Below are positions 16,719 to 24,800 of a stretch of DNA of 47,078 nucleotides, piece by piece. The stretch is from the IMG/VR virus record IMGVR_UViG_3300012971_000026, positions 1 through 47,078 of that record. One strand, given 5' to 3'. The stretch is from a virus (Duplodnaviria; Caudoviricetes). The notes under the pieces are model-generated. The model was not told the origin of the DNA. It was given only the letters and a program-made list of their open reading frames with translations, and did not search any database. Both the position numbers and the translations under genes were made by a program. Each line of letters opens with the position of its first letter. Position 1 is the stretch's first letter.

Positions 16719-17033
16719 CTAGGCCGCCGCTGCCCGTTTGGGCTTGTTGGCCGCCGCGCGCGGGGGAACCCGCTTGGCCGGGACCGCCGCCTTGGGAGCG
16801 ATCCGCTTGGAGGATGCGTTGCCCTCTTCTTCGCAGGGCGGCAGGTGGTGCATGATCAGTTCCGACAGAATCTTGCCTTGGGGGATGCAGGCGCATTCCA
16901 TCTGGCCACGGCGCTCGCATTCCTGATTCAGTCGCAGCAGCGCCACCTGGGTAACCCTGGTGTTCACCCGCGAGAAAAAATGCTTATCGAATGGTTGCCG
17001 CATAAAGACAGACTCCTGGCGCGCGTTGTGCAA
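16719..17033 (-). CDS. First early gene, possible ribbon-helix-helix regulator
   Basis: First ORF after the leftward promoter; VNTRV...LLRL...GKILSELI pattern and basic tail; alternative start 17003. Confidence 0.5.
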   Translation of the reverse strand: MHNARQESVFMRQPFDKHFFSRVNTRVTQVALLRLNQECERRGQMECACIPQGKILSELIMHHLPPCEEEGNASSKRIAPKAAVPAKRVPPRAAANKPKRAAAA

Positions 17034-17111
17034 CTCGGGATGTGGATGCGGGCTTCGGTTTCGCTCCCGCCGCGATTTGAATTATCGGAAATAGCGCGTT
17101 TCTGGATACAG

Positions 17112-17141
17112 ACTATAATCCCGATTGCAAATTATCGTCAA
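17112..17141 (-). promoter_or_regulatory. Leftward early promoter
   Basis: Minus strand TTGACG-N18-TATAGT upstream of the early arm. Confidence 0.6.
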
Positions 17142-17167
17142 GAGCCTAAACCGCTGAAGCGTCTCGC

Positions 17168-17200
17168 TTTAGACAGCGCTTTGACAGCGTTTTGACACCA
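17168..17200. repeat. Three tandem TTTGACAGCG-like direct repeats at 11-12 bp spacing (operator-like)
   Basis: TTTAGACAGCGC TTTGACAGCGT TTTGACACCA. Confidence 0.6.
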
Positions 17201-17381
17201 TTTAAGCAACTAGTAGGTGTAAACTATTTCCCATATTGAGAACGGCGGGCGCATGACGGGTAGGGCGTTCGCTTAGGGTAAATGTCTGAGTACCAAGCAG
17301 TAAGGGAGCGGCGACCGATCTTGAGCAGGCCCCGGGCGTAGTACGGCCCGCCGCACCCCCGCGACACGAACATGCAAAGGG

Positions 17382-17411
17382 TTGACAGTGAGAACGCACG
17401 AAAAATATTTT
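17382..17411 (+). promoter_or_regulatory. Possible rightward repressor promoter
   Basis: TTGACA-N18-TATTTT upstream of the XRE gene. Confidence 0.45.
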
Positions 17412-17496
17412 TCGATTGCTGCCAAAACTGTGCTGTAAATATCAAGTGGAGAAAATGCAGGCTCTCATCCGCGCACCACGCGAAAGGCTTCCTTCG

Positions 17497-17766
17497 ATGG
17501 AACTAGACAAGACGACGATCCGCGCCGCGTGCGCCCAGACGATCCGCCTCCTGCGCGCGCGGCAAGGCTTAACCCAGGAAGGGTTGGCCTACAAGTCGGG
17601 CGTGGATCGGGGTTACATGGGCGCAATCGAGCGCGGACGCAACTGCCCCACGCTTGAAACCATCTTGCGCTTGCTCCCGACGCTCGCCATCACGTTCCCC
17701 GAGTTCGCGCTCGAATTCGATAAGCAGTACCGCAAGCTCGCCCGGGCCGCGAAGAAGAAATCCTAG
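17497..17766 (+). CDS. XRE-family HTH regulator (putative repressor)
   Basis: IRLLRARQGLTQEGLAYKSGVDRGYMGAIERGRNCPTLETILRL; divergent from the early arm; start uncertain (17455 or 17497). Confidence 0.9.
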   Translation: MELDKTTIRAACAQTIRLLRARQGLTQEGLAYKSGVDRGYMGAIERGRNCPTLETILRLLPTLAITFPEFALEFDKQYRKLARAAKKKS

Positions 17767-18050
17767 AGCATTTTCCCAACGGTGGCTTCGACCGAGCCTT
17801 GCAATGCAGCATCGGTGATGGCCGCGCCATCGGTTTGCACCTGGGCGTCCATCACCGTGGGCGGTTGTGTTTGCATGGCCGTCGAGTCGGGGTTTTGCAT
17901 GCACTGCTGCGCCCATCGCAGCCGCGTGTTGTGCGCGGAGGTGGTAGTGGGTTCGCCGACGATGGCGTCCGCGAACTTCAGACACGCCACCTTGATGCGG
18001 CCCCGGAATTGCGGATCAGTCATGAGAGCAGCGCTCTCTTCGTAAGTCAT
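17763..18050 (-). CDS. Hypothetical protein, last gene of the tail operon
   Basis: 95 aa with GGGAG RBS; stop overlaps the repressor stop convergently. Confidence 0.8.
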   Translation of the reverse strand: MTYEESAALMTDPQFRGRIKVACLKFADAIVGEPTTTSAHNTRLRWAQQCMQNPDSTAMQTQPPTVMDAQVQTDGAAITDAALQGSVEATVGKML

Positions 18051-18052
18051 GA

Positions 18053-21000
18053 TTAGGTTCTCCCTTCCAGTTGTCGGACTTTAGAACTTAGTTGCTGTAC
18101 CGCCAGCACCAGTTGAAATAGGATCTCGTTCGGCTCGTAGTACAGGATGTCGGCTTCCTCATCGTCCACGCCGGGATGCAGCTTGGTGGGCAAGGAGTAG
18201 ACGCATTTCGGGAGCACCTCCCGCAACTCCTGAGCGATGACAGCGACCGCACGCAAGCCCTCGCGGAATCCGGCGAGTCCGTTCCATTCGAATTCCACCG
18301 GCCGCAGCTGCTCGATGATCGGGATGCCGCCGACCAAGTCGACCACGTTGCGCTTCAGCCGCGCATCGGATGACGTGGAGAAGTAGACGGTGGTCCTGAC
18401 GTTGGCGGGATCATCACCACCTTGCGCGATTGTGCTGCTTCCGTTGATGAAGTTGATGATGGCACGCGAGACGACTCCGCCGCCGTTAATCTGGATCTGG
18501 GTATACCCGCTGCCCCCCGCAGGTGCGCCGGTAATCTTGCCCCACGCCAGCGACGTAATCCATGCCGGGTCCGCATAGCTGCCCGCCGTGCTGACTGCGT
18601 TGGTGACGTTGGCCGCGCTGAGCGCCGTCCCGTTCACGCGGAACGCGCCGGTACAGTTGATGTCTCCAGCGGCATCGATGGCATAAGAAGGGCTCGTCTT
18701 CGACGTGCCGATGCCGAGACTGCCGTTCGATGCAACAGTAAACACTTGCCCGTTGCCGTTGGCAAAATTGATATTGCCTGTCCCGGCGAGAAGGTCCCAG
18801 TTCAGCGACGGTACTGCGAAGCGAATGCCGACACCGGCCCCGTTATTCCCGAGATGTAATAGCTGTGCTGGATTGCCAGTCGTGCCGATGGCAACGTTGC
18901 CGCCCACCGGATTCAGCAGCAGTGGATACGCCGCCGCCGCGCTGCTGTGACGGCCCTGCAAGTAGAGACAGTAAGGGCTGGATAACATCGCCCCGATTTC
19001 CAGTTCCGTTCCCACACTGCCCTGCACGGCTACAATGCCGTAACCGCTCAGGGTGGGATCGATGGATGGACCGAGCACGGTAAGACGCGCGGGAGTTGTC
19101 GCTGTTGCGATGCCCACGTTAGGGCCGTTGAACACCATGACCAAGCTATCAGTGCCTGCCTGACGCTCCACGAAGTGATGGCGAATGCCCGCGCCGTCCC
19201 ATATTGTCTCCAGCTTCAGCACATACTGCGGATTATTGGTGCTCCACCACTGCGACTCGAATGTAGCTTGTCCGGTAAGTGTGGTAAGAACATCAAGCAT
19301 AGCGGACGGACTCGTTGTCGCAATGCCGACCTTTCCGCCAGAAGTCAACACCATTTGTGGCGTGCCAGTATTGGGATCTATGCTTGCGCCGAATGTAAGT
19401 TGACCGCTTGCCACTCCCATTCCATAAGCCAACCCCCCGCCGTCGTAAGAGGAAACCTTGATGGGCTTTAGAGCGGTGCCGGTCGAAAGCACGCAAAGTG
19501 GATTCGACGTCGCGACACCGACGTTGCCGCCGAGCGGGTTCAACGCGAGTGCGTAGGCGTTTCCGTTGGCATTACTGGAACGAACCTGCATCCAGAATGC
19601 GTTGGGCGATGCAATCATATTGCCCATTGCAAGGGCCACGCCGGGACTCGTCGCTGCGACCTGAAAAACATCCGCCGCGTTGTAGGTCAACGAAGCATCA
19701 GTCTGCGCCGTGCCAACGATTGTCAGCCGTGCATTCGGCGATGTCAGCCCGATGCCGACATTGCCCGCTGGCGTGATCCGGATGCGCTCACCGACTGCAC
19801 CCGCATTCCAGGTGTAGAAGATCAGCGCACCGGAATCGAGTGAGCCGTCCGTATTCGCGTTAATGGCCGCGATGCGCTTGTCGGTCGCCGCTAGGTTGTA
19901 GTTTGCAAATCCGATGGAACCGACCGTGCCAGGAGCAGAGTTGATGTTACCGACGAGATCCAACTCTCCAATCAGCGAACCCGCTGGCGTCGTCTTACCT
20001 ACAACCAATCGTGCGCCGGTAGTGCCGCCAGTCGGCAGCACCGACATATCGTTGCCGATGCCTACGTTGCCGCCGTTGTAGTAGATCGCGCCCGCCGCGC
20101 CCGCGACCCAGTAGCCACCAGCCGGAGCCGCGCCCCACTTCACGCCGAGCGTCTGCGTCGAGTCCGCCACCAGGATCTGTCCATCCGTGCCCACGCCCAG
20201 GCGCGTAGTTGCGGAAGTGCCTCGCACGATGAGATCGCCCTTGGTGGTGGTGGGATCTGTCATGCCGCCGCCCGCGCCCGATGGAATCGCCCACGTCGCA
20301 TCCTCGCGCAGGTAGCGCGTGGCTCCAGCCGCCGCGCCGGGATCGGGCACCATGCCCGTCGCGTGCGATCCACCGCTCGCACCCATCGGAACGCCGTTGA
20401 GCGTGACGCTCGCGGTGAGCGGCCCGCCACCACTCAGGCCCGTGCCCGCGATGACTTGGGTGGCGGTGCCCACCGCGCCTACCTGCGCTGCCGTGTAATC
20501 GCCCGCTTGCGCAACTACCGCTCCTTGGCGTCCAAACACGCTCGACACAGTTCCCACGGGTGCGGCCCACTTCACGCCGAGTCCGTTGGGAGCAGCGGAA
20601 TCCAGGGTGAGCACCCACCCATCGGTAGCTACCGCAAGGCGCGTGAGCGCACTCGCGCTACGCACCAGGAGATCGCCCTTGGTGGTAGTTGGATCGGAGA
20701 GCATACCGGGGATCACGACGTTGGAGAGCGTCTGCCCGTTGCCGTCCACGGATGCGGACCACCGCTGCTGGCCCATCGTAATGAGGCCCGAAGCGCGGTT
20801 GATCTGGATCGCGGCCCCGAGATAGCTCCCCGCATCGTCGTAGCGGGCGATGACAAAGTTCGAGCCGGAATTGCCGCCGCTTTCAGCGATGGAATCCTTG
20901 CCCACTTTCCAGCGTGCGATCTGCTGGCCCGAGACTGTCTGATCGAGTTGGGTCACGCTCTGCCCATCGGCACCGGGCGTGATCTCGGCGGGCGAGGGGA

Positions 21001-21163
21001 TGTACTGGAAGCCGCCCGATCCCGAGAGGATCACGTTGGAGAGCTTATGCCCGCCGCCGTTGACGTCGCCGCCCCAATTGCGGTCGTCGTTCGCCAGCGA
21101 GTTGAGCATGTCTGCCGTCAAGTAGTCTGACGGCGTGAGATCATTCCGCGACAGCCAAGCCAT
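18053..21163 (-). CDS. Tail fibre with C-terminal peptidase S74 intramolecular chaperone
   Basis: Repeated GNVGIG-like motifs; SSDARLKRNV...LRPVEFEW...IAQEL..VLP and terminal coiled coil. Confidence 0.9.
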   Translation of the reverse strand: MAWLSRNDLTPSDYLTADMLNSLANDDRNWGGDVNGGGHKLSNVILSGSGGFQYIPSPAEITPGADGQSVTQLDQTVSGQQIARWKVGKDSIAESGGNSGSNFVIARYDDAGSYLGAAIQINRASGLITMGQQRWSASVDGNGQTLSNVVIPGMLSDPTTTKGDLLVRSASALTRLAVATDGWVLTLDSAAPNGLGVKWAAPVGTVSSVFGRQGAVVAQAGDYTAAQVGAVGTATQVIAGTGLSGGGPLTASVTLNGVPMGASGGSHATGMVPDPGAAAGATRYLREDATWAIPSGAGGGMTDPTTTKGDLIVRGTSATTRLGVGTDGQILVADSTQTLGVKWGAAPAGGYWVAGAAGAIYYNGGNVGIGNDMSVLPTGGTTGARLVVGKTTPAGSLIGELDLVGNINSAPGTVGSIGFANYNLAATDKRIAAINANTDGSLDSGALIFYTWNAGAVGERIRITPAGNVGIGLTSPNARLTIVGTAQTDASLTYNAADVFQVAATSPGVALAMGNMIASPNAFWMQVRSSNANGNAYALALNPLGGNVGVATSNPLCVLSTGTALKPIKVSSYDGGGLAYGMGVASGQLTFGASIDPNTGTPQMVLTSGGKVGIATTSPSAMLDVLTTLTGQATFESQWWSTNNPQYVLKLETIWDGAGIRHHFVERQAGTDSLVMVFNGPNVGIATATTPARLTVLGPSIDPTLSGYGIVAVQGSVGTELEIGAMLSSPYCLYLQGRHSSAAAAYPLLLNPVGGNVAIGTTGNPAQLLHLGNNGAGVGIRFAVPSLNWDLLAGTGNINFANGNGQVFTVASNGSLGIGTSKTSPSYAIDAAGDINCTGAFRVNGTALSAANVTNAVSTAGSYADPAWITSLAWGKITGAPAGGSGYTQIQINGGGVVSRAIINFINGSSTIAQGGDDPANVRTTVYFSTSSDARLKRNVVDLVGGIPIIEQLRPVEFEWNGLAGFREGLRAVAVIAQELREVLPKCVYSLPTKLHPGVDDEEADILYYEPNEILFQLVLAVQQLSSKVRQLEGRT

Positions 21164-21470
21164 CGACCTTACCTCCCGGCCCGTTCACCAGCGCGGGCTT
21201 GAGATCGCCCTGCGGCGGATCGTCGGGCACCTCACACACAAGGTTCTTTCCTTCGATCCGCGCGTTGGTGAAGTTCTGGATACCGTTCTTCATCACCGCC
21301 GCCGCCACCAGGACCCGCTGCTTCTCCTGACTTGCAGTGAGTTGCTGGCGCACCGCTTCCAGATCGAGACTGAGCGCTCCGAATTGGGCGAGTAGCTTCT
21401 GCTGCTCCTGCTGCAACTGCTCGACGTGCTGTAGTTCATGTGGTTGTAGACTGAACGCTTTTCGTGCCAT
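21141..21470 (-). CDS. Coiled-coil hypothetical protein in the tail module
   Basis: 109 aa, Gln-rich helix, AGGAGG RBS. Confidence 0.75.
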   Translation of the reverse strand: MARKAFSLQPHELQHVEQLQQEQQKLLAQFGALSLDLEAVRQQLTASQEKQRVLVAAAVMKNGIQNFTNARIEGKNLVCEVPDDPPQGDLKPALVNGPGGKVDGLAVAE

Positions 21471-21478
21471 AAATCCTC

Positions 21479-24400
21479 CTATGCGATACCCGTTATGATC
21501 CCGCCGCGCACGGTGATCGTCTTGCCGTCCGCGCTGGTGAAGGTGCCCGAGACGCCAACCGCTACGCCGTAGATCCCGAAATCTTTTGCGTACACGGATT
21601 CGTTAGCCTGAAGCCCGCTGCCCCAGATGGCATTGTCGGCGCAGAGCGTGCCGTCGATGTACAGTTGCCCCGCGCGCACGGCCCCGGTGGTGGTGACATC
21701 TCCGCTCGTGTTTACACCGCCGCTGCCCACAAATTGGTTGCTGGTGTTGATCACCGTCGACCCACCGCCGCCAAGGTATTGGTTGCCGCGCACGTTGCCC
21801 GTAGTGTTCACGCCGCCAGGGCCGTTGAAGGTGCCGTTGTTATCGATGACAGCAAACCTATTCCAGATCGCGAAGTCCTTCGCGTACACCGATTCATTGG
21901 CTTGCAGGCCGCTCGTCCAGATGGCGCTCTGAGCGCAGAGCGTTCCACCTACGTAGAGTTGCGTGACGCGGCCCGCCGCGCAGGTAACATCGCCGCTGGT
22001 GTTCACGGCTGATCCGATAAACTGGCTCGCGTTGTTGATCACTTGCGTGGAGCCAACATAGAAACTGTTGTACGATCTCACGATGCCATTGGTAGCGACG
22101 CCGCCCTGGCCTACGAACGTCATGCTGGAATCGATCAGGAGCAGCCCCGCAACCGTCTTGAAGTTGCCGCGCACGTAGAGATCGCCCACCGGATCGAGAT
22201 TGAAATTCATGTTGCCCGTTTCATCGCGCAGCGTCATGTAGGCGGCCCCGCTGTGCCCCGGCGTGTTGGTGCCATCGTCGCCCGAAGCGAGGATCACGTT
22301 GATCTGGCGGCTCGACGGGCTGTACAGCGTCAGCGAACCCCAGAAAGGCCCCGCGTCCGATCCGAAAGAGTTCCCGTTGAAAATCACCAGCGCGCCCAGG
22401 CGCCCGCTGGAATCGTTGAGCACGAGGCCCCGATCAATCAGGTTGATGCCCTGGGTAGTTCCAGTCTTGACGATCTTCATCCCGGGGAATTTCCAATACC
22501 GGGTATCGGCCACATTGCCGATGAAGCTGCCGTAGCCGTATTCGAGATGCACCGCGGCGTTGGTGGGGTTGTTGGCATCGGGATAGTTTGCAATGTAGTC
22601 GATGGTGAACTTATCGATGTTGCGCATCTGAACGGTAGCGCCCTGCACGCTGCTCACGTCAGTGCGCGCCAGCATCCGCCAGTCGGCGAACGTCGTGCCG
22701 CCGTAAGCGAACTCGCGGAACCAAGCGCCCTGGATGCTGCTCTCGGTGCCCGCTTGTCCCTGGCCCACGCGCGCGCCCATGCGGCCTACCTCGGTGTTGG
22801 TGTTGTCGCGGATCGAGATATAGGGATAGCGGCTTCCCGAAACGTCGAACCCGCCCACGATCACCACGCCGTTTACGTTGGCGTACAGCGGCGCGTTCGG
22901 CGGCCCGTCGCCGCCCACATAAAGCTCGGCGAACCACCCGCCGTAGATGCTGTGTCCCGATGGGTTATCCGGCGTGCCCGTTGCATCGTGCTCGCCCGCC
23001 CAGGCCCGCAGGACGTTGGAGGCGTTGTAGACGGCGATCTGCCCGTTCTGCTGGCCCGCGAAGTTAGGAGCGTTGGCTCCGGTGCCGCCGCCTACTCGTA
23101 GGATGCTACCGACGTAAATCTTCTGCGCTTGAATGATCTTCGCGGTGAAGAGTCCCCCGGTGTCCTGGGCGGGCCAATCGAACTCGCTCGGATCCCACCA
23201 GCCGCTTGGCAACCGCGACGCCTTGATGTCGCCCGTCATGGGCGTGAAGCTCACCGACACCACCGGGGTAACACCGGGCAGGATGGTGTTGCGGTGGCCC
23301 ATCATGTCGCGCGAGACGAAGTAGAAATCGAACGGGCGCGCGCCCGGGGCGGGTTCCCAATCGGTGGTAAAGCTCGTCGCGCCCTTGGGCGGATCCCACC
23401 ATGTGGCGTTAGCGAAATCGCTGCCGTACACGCGCGCGATGCTCATACCCCCGAAGCTGTTGTCGGTGGGATTCGTCCACCCGGTGATCTTGTGGCGCAT
23501 CATCACCACGCCATCGCTGTTCAGTTGCTGCTCGGTGGTAACGGTGCCCGCGCCGCCCACGGGCGCGTATTCCTGGCCCGTGCCGCCGAGCGCGGGCGGC
23601 CCCAGGTTCCAGACTACGCTCGGCGTGCTCGGCCCTGGCGCGGCGGGATTGTCGCTCGGCTTGCCGTTCATGTCGACCGAGATCGCGACGATGGTCCACG
23701 CCTGGGAAACCTTCGGCCAGTCGATCAGTTGCAGCGTGAGCGAGTTGACGTTGCCCGTGGCTTGCCCCATCAGCCTGGGCGGGGTAACGCCCGTGCGGTA
23801 GAAGTAGACGCCGCCGAAGCGCGGCGATACCGGGTTCGTCCAATTAAGATCCGCCTTCGCCAGCAGCGTGCCGTCCGGTTGCCACTCGAAGCGATTATTG
23901 GACAGCGCCAGCCCCGTGATGTACGGCGCGCTCGCCTGCCCCGCTGGCGGGTAGACGACGGTAACATCCACGTACGGCGTCCACTCCTTGACGATGGTAT
24001 TCACGCGGCCATCGATATCGACGCTCACGAAGTAGCAGCGGATCGTGGCCGTGGCCCCGGGGGTGTAGTCGGGCGAGAACCACGTATCGGGCTTCTTGGA
24101 CTCGAGAAACGGCCCAATGGAGCGGATGCCGTTGGCATACTCGTAGACGATGCGGACGCCCCCGAAAGGCCGCATCCCGGGCGGCAGCGGGATCGCATCA
24201 TCCGGCTCCGTCATGTCGAAATTGAAGTGATAGATCGGCCCGGTTGGGTTGTCCCAATCGGTAACCAGAATGACGGCCTGATCCTTCACGATCCAGGCGT
24301 ACTCCTGGCCGCTGACGTACTGGCCTGCGGCAGCGGGGATCGGAACGGTGATGCTCGGAGTAGGGCCTGGTTTGTTGGCGCGGACCAGGGTGGCGTTGGC

Positions 24401-24796
24401 GATGTGGGCGAAGGCGAGACAGTAGACTCGCACCGTGCGCGCGGCTGGCTCGCCATCGAGCATGAACACGGCGGGCGAAACGAAGGAGTCATTCTCGCGG
24501 ATCGGATTCCAGCGCCCCGAAAGCTGCGCCGATCCGTTGAGCGGGCGGCTGCCGTTAAGCGGTGGCTGCGCTCCGCTGCTGATGTCGGGATCTTCCAGGT
24601 AGACGCCCACGCCCCGGAAGTTCTCGGGATTCGCCGTGGCGTCCGGTACCCAGAACACCGACACCTCGAAGCGGCCATCGTAGATTTCACGCACCTCGGC
24701 GTGATCGATAGTGACGGGCGGGGCGTCGCTCGGCACGAACGGCGTATCGCCGCCCGTAGCCGTGGACATTTCGTAGATCCAGTTATTCACCGCCAT
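21479..24796 (-). CDS. Tail tip / host-specificity protein with Ig-like N-terminal half and beta-rich C-terminal repeats
   Basis: 1105 aa; follows the tail hub; duplicated SGLQANESVYAKDF unit. Confidence 0.7.
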   Translation of the reverse strand: MAVNNWIYEMSTATGGDTPFVPSDAPPVTIDHAEVREIYDGRFEVSVFWVPDATANPENFRGVGVYLEDPDISSGAQPPLNGSRPLNGSAQLSGRWNPIRENDSFVSPAVFMLDGEPAARTVRVYCLAFAHIANATLVRANKPGPTPSITVPIPAAAGQYVSGQEYAWIVKDQAVILVTDWDNPTGPIYHFNFDMTEPDDAIPLPPGMRPFGGVRIVYEYANGIRSIGPFLESKKPDTWFSPDYTPGATATIRCYFVSVDIDGRVNTIVKEWTPYVDVTVVYPPAGQASAPYITGLALSNNRFEWQPDGTLLAKADLNWTNPVSPRFGGVYFYRTGVTPPRLMGQATGNVNSLTLQLIDWPKVSQAWTIVAISVDMNGKPSDNPAAPGPSTPSVVWNLGPPALGGTGQEYAPVGGAGTVTTEQQLNSDGVVMMRHKITGWTNPTDNSFGGMSIARVYGSDFANATWWDPPKGATSFTTDWEPAPGARPFDFYFVSRDMMGHRNTILPGVTPVVSVSFTPMTGDIKASRLPSGWWDPSEFDWPAQDTGGLFTAKIIQAQKIYVGSILRVGGGTGANAPNFAGQQNGQIAVYNASNVLRAWAGEHDATGTPDNPSGHSIYGGWFAELYVGGDGPPNAPLYANVNGVVIVGGFDVSGSRYPYISIRDNTNTEVGRMGARVGQGQAGTESSIQGAWFREFAYGGTTFADWRMLARTDVSSVQGATVQMRNIDKFTIDYIANYPDANNPTNAAVHLEYGYGSFIGNVADTRYWKFPGMKIVKTGTTQGINLIDRGLVLNDSSGRLGALVIFNGNSFGSDAGPFWGSLTLYSPSSRQINVILASGDDGTNTPGHSGAAYMTLRDETGNMNFNLDPVGDLYVRGNFKTVAGLLLIDSSMTFVGQGGVATNGIVRSYNSFYVGSTQVINNASQFIGSAVNTSGDVTCAAGRVTQLYVGGTLCAQSAIWTSGLQANESVYAKDFAIWNRFAVIDNNGTFNGPGGVNTTGNVRGNQYLGGGGSTVINTSNQFVGSGGVNTSGDVTTTGAVRAGQLYIDGTLCADNAIWGSGLQANESVYAKDFGIYGVAVGVSGTFTSADGKTITVRGGIITGIA

Positions 24797-24800
24797 GGTT

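Noticed and set aside
16528-16920. Cys-rich ORF (CEFC...CEAC) upstream of the exonuclease as a firm gene call
   Set aside because: The C-terminal half looks plausible, but the only start codons overlap 16719-17033 extensively, so no supported start could be assigned.
17224-17445. ORF with GCGGPYYARGL, resembling a zinc-finger leader of phage HNH proteins
   Set aside because: The following Cys/His ligands are missing, there is no RBS, and it overlaps promoter elements; chance or a decayed remnant.
18053-24796. Diversity-generating retroelement or invertible tail cassette
   Set aside because: No reverse transcriptase, no template/variable repeat pair differing at adenines, and no inverted alternative fibre ends; the repeats are in-gene duplications.
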